Virus record (IMG/VR): IMGVR_UViG_3300005076_000003
Location: 17,911-81,910 of that record
Strand: one strand, 5' to 3'
DNA from: a virus
Lineage: Duplodnaviria; Caudoviricetes
DNA length: 64,000 nt
Shown: positions 30,338 through 38,860 of the stretch, in pieces
How positions within the stretch are numbered: position 1 is the first letter of the stretch
Layout of the letters: each line of letters begins with the position of its first letter
Made by a program: the position numbers and the translations under genes
Notes under the pieces: model-generated
The model's database searches: none
The model's input: the letters and a program-made list of their open reading frames with translations, nothing else
Told to the model about the DNA's origin: nothing

Positions 30338-30348
30338 GGTAGATTGAT

Positions 30349-30910
30349 ATGAACAGCATATACCAAGAGACTATCAACAAACTTAAAAATGAATTAGATT
30401 ATCATCCATTACTAGAAGAAGCTTGCAAGCTTCTTGTTTTAAAACATAACCCTTGTCCAAGTCAATGTAATTTAGAATATTACTACTTTAATGGAACTAA
30501 CAAACTTAAGAAGGTTTATATAAAAATTGATGATATTATTCATGCAATTGTTTTCTGTGGTAACATTGTGATGAATGATGATCCAAATGTGTTAGTACAT
30601 ACAAAACCGTATATAATTTATTTAGGAGATTGAGATGGGTTTATGGGCTAGAGCGATAATTGTGTGTAGTAAACCTAAAAAGATTAATTTAAAAAGCGTT
30701 GTCAGTGAAAGTTTAAAGAGTAATTTTGGAAAATTAGATGAAACTTGCATTTCTTCAAGATATTCAAAAGAGAAAGGGGTTGTTGTTGATATAAGTACCA
30801 CACATGTTGGTGAGATATTTAACCAAATCATAGAGCAGATGATTAACGATCTTAAAAAAGAAGACGTTGGTTATTTTTATGTAGAGGTGGAAAGCAACTA
30901 TTATATTTAG
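30349..30910 (+). other. Two hypothetical CDS (30349-30633, 30635-30910)
   Basis: Tightly spaced ORFs with RBS. Confidence 0.55.
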
Positions 30911-30957
30911 GTTGTGCTTAATTTGACAACCTTGTTGCATTAGGTTAACATACACAT

Positions 30958-30986
30958 AAGGAGAAGCTAAATGCTTCTCCTTTTTT
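30958..30986 (+). terminator. Intrinsic terminator
   Basis: aaggagaagc-taaat-gcttctcctt followed by a T run. Confidence 0.75.
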
Positions 30987-31011
30987 ATTAACATGAATAC
31001 AGGAATTAATT

Positions 31012-31506
31012 TTGACATATATTAAACAAATACATAAACACTTAACAACCGCTATCAAATGTGCTGTTATTGCTCTCTCATTGTCACTTGTAGCGACTTT
31101 ACAGGCTAAGGGCATAAATGATAGCTCTCAAACACAAACACTCTCTAAACGTCAAATAGAGTGCTTATCAAAAGCAGCTTACTTTGAGAGTAAAGGAGAA
31201 AGTGATAAAGGAATGTTAGCGGTCATACACACAACACTGAATAGGGTTAAAGACAACAGATTCCCCAAGACAGTTTGTGGTGTAGTGTATCAAAAATCTC
31301 AATATTCTTGGACGAAGTACAATCCTAAAGTAAAAGAACAAGAGCAGTACGCAAGAGCTGAGAGATTAGCTAAAGAAGTTGTTGCTGGTAAACACAAAGA
31401 TAACACTCAAGGTGCTTTGTATTTTAACTCATTACACCGAAAACCAAGTGGAACAGTGTGTACTGTAAGGATCGGAGGGCATAGTTTCTACAAACCTGTT
31501 AAATAG
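31012..31506 (+). CDS. Cell wall hydrolase (SleB / Hydrolase_2) with signal peptide
   Basis: CLSKAAYFESKGE...AV..TTLNRV.D.RFPKTVCGVVYQKSQYSW, GALYF, IGGHSFY. Confidence 0.9.
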   Translation: MTYIKQIHKHLTTAIKCAVIALSLSLVATLQAKGINDSSQTQTLSKRQIECLSKAAYFESKGESDKGMLAVIHTTLNRVKDNRFPKTVCGVVYQKSQYSWTKYNPKVKEQEQYARAERLAKEVVAGKHKDNTQGALYFNSLHRKPSGTVCTVRIGGHSFYKPVK

Positions 31507-31612
31507 TTTAAATAAAATGTAATTTCATCTAATTAAAACCTTTACAATTTAAATCAGTTTATATATGATTGTTTTATCGAAATGATTGTGAAGGTTTTAT
31601 AAGGAAAGAGTT

Positions 31613-32056
31613 ATGAATGACTTAACATTGCAACAAATGGAAAAACTTGGTCTATCTAAGTGGATGAATGAAAAAGAGCGAGAGAAGGTTATTGAAAAAG
31701 CTCTTGAAGAGCAAAAGGAGTTGATTGCTAATGACTCACACAAAGAGGTATTTGATGCTTTACGAACAACAGATGAAATCTTAGTACAAGGTGGTTTGTT
31801 TACTTGGAAATTGGGAGATCGTACTGTACGTTGTTCTGTATTAACACCACAAGATATGCAGTTACTAGATAATATTAGTAATGATGTAGAACAAGGTGTT
31901 GAATATAAAGAGTTACCAATTAAATACCGCTACCATGTAAAGACTGCTTTAGGGAATTATTTATTTATTAAAGCAAAATCTTATGATGAAGCTAAGAAAG
32001 TTGTTGACAGCATACTCGGTACAGGGTTATACTCGCCATCAGCAGGCAATATTTAA
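31613..32056 (+). CDS. Hypothetical protein
   Basis: ORF with RBS downstream of a promoter-like intergenic region. Confidence 0.6.
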   Translation: MNDLTLQQMEKLGLSKWMNEKEREKVIEKALEEQKELIANDSHKEVFDALRTTDEILVQGGLFTWKLGDRTVRCSVLTPQDMQLLDNISNDVEQGVEYKELPIKYRYHVKTALGNYLFIKAKSYDEAKKVVDSILGTGLYSPSAGNI

Positions 32057-32095
32057 TTAGTGCATTAAATTAATATTTAAATTAGGAGAAACAAA

Positions 32096-32962
32096 ATGAA
32101 ATACAAAGTTGGTGATAAAGTTAAGATTGTTTCACTACAGAGTGTAGATCGAGGTTATTGTATGGATGTTGTAGGTGATATCGTGGAGATTATTAAATAT
32201 GATTCATCCGATATTTTGAAATATAAAGTTAAAATCGAAGACGGTGGTCGTTGGTGGTGGGAAGAATCTAACTTAGAATTAATTGAAGATGTTAAACCAA
32301 ATACAATTAAAGAAGAGACAGAGATGAATGCAACAAAGGTAGAAAATACAACACCAAAATTTAAGAAAGGTGACAAGGTTGTTCGTGTAGGTGACACATT
32401 AGCATTAGGTGTTGAGTTGGGTGAAGTGTATACCGTAGACAATCCAAGTAGTCATAGTAGTTCTTACGGGGGTGAATTACATAATCACGTAACATTAGTA
32501 GAAGTCGAAAGTACACCTAGCGACAAATACCTTGAGTTGTATAATCACGTAATATTAGAAGAAGTTGAAAGTATGCCTATTGATAATCACCTTGTGTTGT
32601 GTATTGAAAAACGCAACTATCGTGAAATGAGTCCAAACGATTTAATTACAATCTCAATTAATGGTGTTGAATCAGAAGTACCTCTAGGAGATATTGTTCA
32701 TGCCGTAGCTATTCTTGGTATTACGAACGGTTATCATGGTGCTCGTATTTGGGATGCTTTACGCAAACCTTTTGACCCTGAAGGTTTTGTAGGAGATATG
32801 GATACAGTAGTTGAGTTTAGAGATAAACAAAAAGAAGCTCTTGAGTATTTCTTTCAACCATGTTATGATAAGCAACAACAAGAGAAAGATGAATTGAAAA
32901 CTCTTATTGCTTCTAAAATGGAAGAAGTAGATTCTTTGGTTAAACAGCTAAATCAGATGTAG
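32096..32962 (+). CDS. Hypothetical protein with two KOW-like modules and an internal 60-bp tandem duplication
   Basis: KYKVGDKVKIV and KFKKGDKVVRV; repeats at 32481 and 32541. Confidence 0.65.
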   Translation: MKYKVGDKVKIVSLQSVDRGYCMDVVGDIVEIIKYDSSDILKYKVKIEDGGRWWWEESNLELIEDVKPNTIKEETEMNATKVENTTPKFKKGDKVVRVGDTLALGVELGEVYTVDNPSSHSSSYGGELHNHVTLVEVESTPSDKYLELYNHVILEEVESMPIDNHLVLCIEKRNYREMSPNDLITISINGVESEVPLGDIVHAVAILGITNGYHGARIWDALRKPFDPEGFVGDMDTVVEFRDKQKEALEYFFQPCYDKQQQEKDELKTLIASKMEEVDSLVKQLNQM

Positions 32963-32971
32963 GGAATACAA

Positions 32972-34483
32972 ATGCGTACATACAACAAAGGTAATACACA
33001 AAACGTAAAGCAAGCTCGTAAACAGAGTAAAGAATTGCGTAAATTGAAGATGGCTAATGGAAGCACAATCACTTTTATTGGAGAGACTGATGAAGCTTTC
33101 AAAGGGTTACAACATAGTTATCATTATGAAGATGATTTTGTTTATGAAGGAGATTGGTGATGAAACAACTACCTGAAACACCAACAGAAGATATGTGGGG
33201 CGGTACAGCTCGACAATTAGTTAAGTATATGCAGATGAAAGATCGTTATTGTCCTGCTTCATTGAAGAAACACTTTGATCGATTTATTGGAGAAATTCCT
33301 GAGTGGTTAAATGAAGAAGTAAATGATTGGACATCTGAACACGCTTTTGCAACTGCTGATCTTGGTGTGTTTATTTATAAAGCAATGTATCACGAATTTA
33401 AAAATTAACTATTTTAAAAGAAACTTCATTTATGTGTTGTTTCTTTTATTTTATCTTGATATACTTATCACACACAAATGAGATTAGTTATGAAAATATT
33501 AGAGAATTGTAAGAACTTGGTTAAGTTGTATATTAAGTTATTTAAGCAAAGTTGGAGGTTGTAAGATGATTGATTGGATTCGTATTGAAGAAAGAACACC
33601 TGAACTTGGTGATTACTCTGTACTAATTTGGTTTGAAGATGGTTCTTGGGATATGGTACACGTTGAAGACTGGTTTGGAGATATTACTAATGGTCTTGAT
33701 GAGAACGGTGTACTACAATATACTAAATGGTATCTAAGACAACCTGTAACGCATTGGGCTTACGTTAATACGCCAGAGGATTTATTGTGAATAATCAATC
33801 TTATTTTACAACATCATCTGTACAAACAATGCAAGGGTTACTAGGGCAGCTAGGAGTTAAAGTAGATTACTCTAAGCACAAAGAAGCTAATGTTTTAATA
33901 TTATTAGATACAGGTGTTTATTTATTATCTTCTGTTAATGCACCAGATCGTAGTTGTAAGACGTATTTAAGTGATAAAGATATTGCAATGCAGGTTGATG
34001 TAGTGGATATTATGAAAGTTACCCAACAGAGTGTTTGTTGGTGTGAGTTATACTAACTACGTATCAAAATTAATTAAAGGAGATTTAAAATGACAGTTGT
34101 ATATGAAAGTAAATATATTACTATTGAGGAAACACCTGCTGGTTGTTTTATTTCAGATGAACGTAGAAACACTACAGTTCAAGTAGGTGAACTTGCGGAT
34201 ATTAACGCAATTGTTAACAGTTTAGAACGTCTTAAATCAGAATGGTATAGTGAGGAGAAGTAAAATGAACAGTATTGAAAATCGTTGTGTGATGTTAGAT
34301 CAAGAAATTGACGAATTAAAAGCTGAGATTCTTGGTGAGTTTGTTTGTAACGATGAAGAAGATAAGATTGACGAATTAATTGATTTAGCTATGATGTTAG
34401 GAGAAGCTTATGTTTATCGAGATAACACTGTAACAAAGATTGTTAAACCAGAAGATGTGGCTGAAGCATATAAACAAGATTAA
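32972..34483 (+). other. Cluster of small hypothetical CDS (32972-33160, 33160-33408, 33566-33790 DUF551-like, 33787-34056, 34090-34263, 34265-34483)
   Basis: RBS and overlapping start/stop codons. 33566 has W...EERTPE...V.HW (DUF551-like). Confidence 0.6.
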
Positions 34484-34494
34484 GGAGAAAGAAG

Positions 34495-34647
34495 TTGAAA
34501 CAAGTTGTATTATTTGATGCACCAGAGAATATTGATCAGAAAGTGGTTTTCTTAGCGCGAGTATCGAGTGAAAACCAAGACAATCCTAAGTATGAAGGTT
34601 TGATGAACTACCTTATTCGAGAAGGTCATGAAACATATGGTAAATGA
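34495..34647 (+). pseudogene. Orphan N-terminal 50-aa fragment of a second, diverged thyX allele
   Basis: AAGGAG RBS plus TTG start. VVFLARVSSENQDNPKYEGLMNYLIREGH aligns with LSYAARVSSPSNQENFDTAGKLLAYCVKHKH of the intact thyX. Confidence 0.8.
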
Positions 34648-35185
34648 AGATTCAGCTTTTGATGAAAAATACAGTATCGACACATTTGGAAATCTTGTGA
34701 ACTTAAAAACAGGGAAGTTCTTAAAGTTCAGAAAAGATAAAGACGGATACTTGGTTTGTAATTTACGTATAAACGGAAAGAGGGTTACAAGATTTCAACA
34801 TAGGTTATTAGCAATAAAATATCTAGCAAATCCTGAAAATAAAACGCAGGTTAACCATATAAATGGGATAAAACACGATAATAGCTTACACAATTTAGAG
34901 TGGTCAACGAGAAGTGAGAACATGCTACATTCAACACATGTTCTAGGTAATCCAAAACCCCCAAGTAATAAAGGTAATACTGGCGTAAAATCTCCTTTGA
35001 GTAGACATATTGTAGGTATAAGTGTTTTAGATGACACATGTTTAATTTTTGCAGGTCAAAAAGATGCTCAACGACAAACCAATTCGCATTTTAAACAAAG
35101 TAATATTTACACAAGCATAAAAACAGGCTGCTCACATAAAGGGTATATCTGGTCATTTTTAGAGGAAGTTGAAGATAATGTTTGA
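34628..35185 (+). mobile_element. HNH homing endonuclease (NUMOD4-HNH_3-NUMOD1 type)
   Basis: HRLLA..YL.NPENKTQVNHINGIKHDNSLHNLEWSTRSEN. Confidence 0.9.
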
Positions 35186-36830
35186 TTTTAACAAAGTAAA
35201 AGTAATTGGTGTAACACAACCAGTTGTAGATTTTATCCCAGATAGTGAAGGTGTTTTATCTTATGCTGCTCGTGTATCCTCACCAAGTAATCAAGAGAAT
35301 TTCGATACAGCAGGAAAGTTATTAGCTTATTGTGTAAAGCATAAACATTACTCTGTATTTGAAACGTGTTCCTTAACAATGGAGATTGAAACACCGCGAG
35401 ATATTGCACGACAAATCTTACGCCATCGAAGCTTCTCATTCCAAGAGTTTTGTGTAGCTGAAGGGACTAAAATTTCTACTATTGTTGGAGGCTCTACCAA
35501 GAAAGTAAAAATTGAAGATTTATATAAACGCTATAAATCAAACCAGTATTGGGATATGTCAGATAATATGGTTCGAGTATTTGATGAAAAAACAAGTACC
35601 TTAGTTCAAGCAAAGATTAAAGAAGTTTTCAAAACTGGTGTCAAACCTGTGTATAAAATGACATTAGATAATGGTCGAACTATCGAATCTACTCTTGAAC
35701 ACAAATTCTTAACTCAAGAAGGGTTTTCTGAACTTGGGGATATTGAAATTGGAGATTTTGTTGGGTGTAATGGTATTCCTGTGTGGCAAATGCAACAGTG
35801 GTTAGCTGAAGCTAAGTTTGAAGCTATTGAGAACGGAACTGGTTTACAAGGGATTGCCGATAAAGCTGGAACAAGTATACACACAATCCGTAAGTGGTTG
35901 AAGAAACACAACCTACAATTCACTAAGAAACAGGTTGCGGTGTATACTGAAGTTTGGAACAAAGGTTTAGATTCAGAAAAACAACCAATGTACGGCAAAC
36001 TTATTTCTGAAGAAACTCGTATGAAAATGCAGGATTCATCTAAGAAAGGTTCTAGCAGCGTACTATTTAAAGGTGGGAATCCTAGAAGCTTCGGGTTAGA
36101 GGTTAGAGATTATTGGTATAAACGGAAAAACAACCTGATTAAAACATTAGGCAGTGTTTGTGCCGTTTCAGGAAAGGAGTGTTCATTTGAAGAATTAGAG
36201 ATTGATCATATCAAACCTTTATCAAAGTTTCCTGAACTTGCTTACGAAGCTTCTAATATTCAGTTGTTGTGTAAAGAAGAACATCGTAAAAAGTCAGCAC
36301 TTGAATCTTCCAAACGCTTATTAACTGCTAGTTGGCATAAGGTTGTTTCTATTGAGTTTGTTGGTGATAAAGAAACTTATGATATGGAGATTGATCACGA
36401 TTCTCATAATTATGTTGCAAATGGGATTATCACACACAATAGTCAGCGATATGCTCAATCTACAGAGTTTATTAGACGTGAGTGCAGATTACAAGACACT
36501 AAGAACCGACAAAACAGTTTTGATTGTTTTGATGAAGATACAGCACACGTTTGGAAGGTTATGCAAGAAGAATTGCTAGAGGTTGCTGAAAAGAACTACC
36601 AACACGCTTTATCAATCGGTATCGCTAAAGAAGTTGCTCGAACTCTTTTACCTGAAGGTTTAACAATGAGTAAGATGTATATGCAAGGTTCTGTACGATC
36701 TTGGATTCACTTTATCCAAGTTAGAAATGATTACGGTATTGCCCAAAAGGAAGTGGTTGACGTTGCTCGTAAAGCTAAAGTTGAGTTATTAAAACACTTC
36801 CCTTGTTTAGAAGAAGTTTTAAATAAATAA
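35178..36830 (+). CDS. thyX: Flavin-dependent thymidylate synthase, intein-interrupted
   Basis: ARVS, HYSVFE, RQILRHRSFSFQEF-[intein]-SQRY, ARTLLP, GSVRSWIHF. Confidence 0.93.
   Translation: MFDFNKVKVIGVTQPVVDFIPDSEGVLSYAARVSSPSNQENFDTAGKLLAYCVKHKHYSVFETCSLTMEIETPRDIARQILRHRSFSFQEFCVAEGTKISTIVGGSTKKVKIEDLYKRYKSNQYWDMSDNMVRVFDEKTSTLVQAKIKEVFKTGVKPVYKMTLDNGRTIESTLEHKFLTQEGFSELGDIEIGDFVGCNGIPVWQMQQWLAEAKFEAIENGTGLQGIADKAGTSIHTIRKWLKKHNLQFTKKQVAVYTEVWNKGLDSEKQPMYGKLISEETRMKMQDSSKKGSSSVLFKGGNPRSFGLEVRDYWYKRKNNLIKTLGSVCAVSGKECSFEELEIDHIKPLSKFPELAYEASNIQLLCKEEHRKKSALESSKRLLTASWHKVVSIEFVGDKETYDMEIDHDSHNYVANGIITHNSQRYAQSTEFIRRECRLQDTKNRQNSFDCFDEDTAHVWKVMQEELLEVAEKNYQHALSIGIAKEVARTLLPEGLTMSKMYMQGSVRSWIHFIQVRNDYGIAQKEVVDVARKAKVELLKHFPCLEEVLNK
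35451..36440 (+). mobile_element. Intein (330 aa) in thyX carrying an HNH nuclease domain
   Basis: Starts CVAEGT; block B IESTLEHKFLT; ends TYDMEI...HNYVANGIITHN with +1 Ser. Internal CAVSG...EIDHIKPL...NIQLLCKEEH. Confidence 0.92.
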
Positions 36831-36929
36831 CAAATACAACGCAATGACTTAAATAGTTGTTGCGTTTTTATTTTACTTGTTTTATGATTGGTGTACTTAG
36901 AAAGTACGTTTATCAAATAGGAGTTGTAG

Positions 36930-37479
36930 ATGACAACTAAACAATCACAATACATTATCACATACGATGATTTTAATGATGCTTTCTTATGTGTTATTGA
37001 TGGAGAAACAATCTCAGCTAACTTTGTTGGAGAGATATTAAGTTATATTGCTAAGTTGTATGATTATGAACCAAAGATTATTTATTCAGAGTCGTATTTT
37101 GTTACTGTGTTGCAAGATGAGTTAAATATTAACATTAAACTAGAATTTGATTATTGATAGGTGTATTATGAAACTACATATTGTTCGTAAGATAACACGG
37201 GAAGGTGTTAAAGAGTACGCTATGCAAGGAATGCAGTTCTCAACACGTACATCTAAAGCTTGGGGTTTAGGAGCTTTAAAGAGTGCTTTGTGGAATGCTA
37301 TTCACTATCGTAGCTACTTAGAAACAAAAGAGAACGCTATTATGCGTTATTATGACAGAGTGTCAGAAGGTGGCAGATTAAAAGTTGACGTCTTAGTTGT
37401 AGATATTGACAATGTAACAATTGAAGAAACACCTATTTTAGAGTGGTGTATGGCTAATTTAATTAAAGAAGGAAAATGA
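36930..37479 (+). other. Two hypothetical CDS (36930-37157, 37168-37479)
   Basis: RBS, operon context. Confidence 0.55.
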
Positions 37480-37480
37480 A

Positions 37481-37903
37481 ATGACAAACGTAACAGCAAT
37501 TGTAGTACCAACGGAGCAAAACCAATCAATCTCAGAATTAACATCCTTGATTCACTGTTTAAATGTTCAAGCCGGTTGGTGGAAAAACTTAGAGACTGGT
37601 GAAGATTTAACATCTAAGTTAGGAGAGAAACCTAAACGTAATATTCCTGAGATGCTTTGTTTAATTCACTCAGAAGTGTCAGAAGCAATGGAGGGTCATC
37701 GTAAGAATCTAATGGATGATAAACTACCTCATCGACCTATGCTTGAAGTAGAGCTTGCTGATGCTGTTATTCGTATCTTAGATATGTGTGGTGGTCTAGG
37801 GTTAGATTTACAAGGAGCTATTTATGAGAAGCTTGCCTACAATGCACAACGAGCAGATCATAAGGTTGAGAATCGCTTAAAAGAGAACGGTAAGAAGTTT
37901 TAA
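37481..37903 (+). CDS. MazG-like NTP pyrophosphohydrolase
   Basis: LIHSEVSEAMEG.RK...EVELADAVIRILD (ExxE...ExxD). Confidence 0.85.
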   Translation: MTNVTAIVVPTEQNQSISELTSLIHCLNVQAGWWKNLETGEDLTSKLGEKPKRNIPEMLCLIHSEVSEAMEGHRKNLMDDKLPHRPMLEVELADAVIRILDMCGGLGLDLQGAIYEKLAYNAQRADHKVENRLKENGKKF

Positions 37904-38014
37904 TCGTAATAACCCCAAGCATGTTAGCAATTTTTCATTAATTTGTTGACATGCTTTTTCTATTTGTGTACTATGTATTTATCGAAACGAAAATGTTATC
38001 TAAAGGAGATTAAC

Positions 38015-38583
38015 ATGAAACAAGTTGATGAAGATATGTTAATTATTAAAGCGATGGTTGGTGATGACTTTGAGAGAATGAATAATCTTATTGTTGAGAT
38101 GCAAAAGTCTTATCAAGATTATTTTAGAAAGTCTCAACAAGAGCTAGTTAATGCAATGTATTCAATGGGTGCTGTTATTGTACACACCAACACAAGAAAG
38201 AATCAGCACACTTTAAGTTGCGCTTTAAAGAACTTAGAGGACTGTGAAAAATTAATTCCAATTCAAACTAATTGGCTAAAAGATAAAATTCTTGAAGATT
38301 TAAATAAAGTGAAAAACACTTGTGATTGCGATATTTGTACAAAGTATATGTCAAGTCTGTAAGGAGATATGTTATGAAATTTAAAACAATTGAGCAATTT
38401 TTAATTGGTAAAGAAGCAAAAGCAGACCACCCAATTACTTGTATGAATCCAACAAAAACATTTATAATTGTTGATGTAAGAGTGGAAGAAACTACACCAT
38501 CTTATAAGGTACAAGGTCATAAAGTTTTTGTACGTGGTGAAAACACAATGTGGTTTGGGTATAATACTTGGGAGTTAGTTTAA
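38015..38583 (+). other. Two hypothetical CDS (38015-38362, 38374-38583)
   Basis: AAGGAG RBS before each ATG. Confidence 0.6.
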
Positions 38584-38858
38584 TGAATACTGAACAACTA
38601 CGTAAAGAAATCAACAAAACAAACGCTTCATTATTCCGTGTATCTTTTGTTAAAGCTAACGGAGAGAATCGTACTATGTTTTGCAAAACTAAAATCAAAC
38701 GTCATCTCAGTAAAAAGCCAAACAAGCAAGTTATTAAGAATGCTAACCAAGATATTGTACGTGTGTTTGATTGCCAAAGTAAATCATACAAAAGTTTTAA
38801 GCTATCAAGTGTTACTGAGTTTGTTGGTAATAATAAAGTTTTTGAAATAAGGACATAG
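38583..38858 (+). CDS. WYL_2/DUF2693-like SH3 beta-barrel protein
   Basis: FRVSFVKANGENRTM...VRVFDC...YKSFK pattern. Confidence 0.6.
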   Translation: MNTEQLRKEINKTNASLFRVSFVKANGENRTMFCKTKIKRHLSKKPNKQVIKNANQDIVRVFDCQSKSYKSFKLSSVTEFVGNNKVFEIRT

Positions 38859-38860
38859 TT

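Noticed and set aside
34495-35185. Group I intron in thyX
   Set aside because: The downstream gene restarts from its own N-terminus rather than continuing as exon 2, and no intron core is visible.
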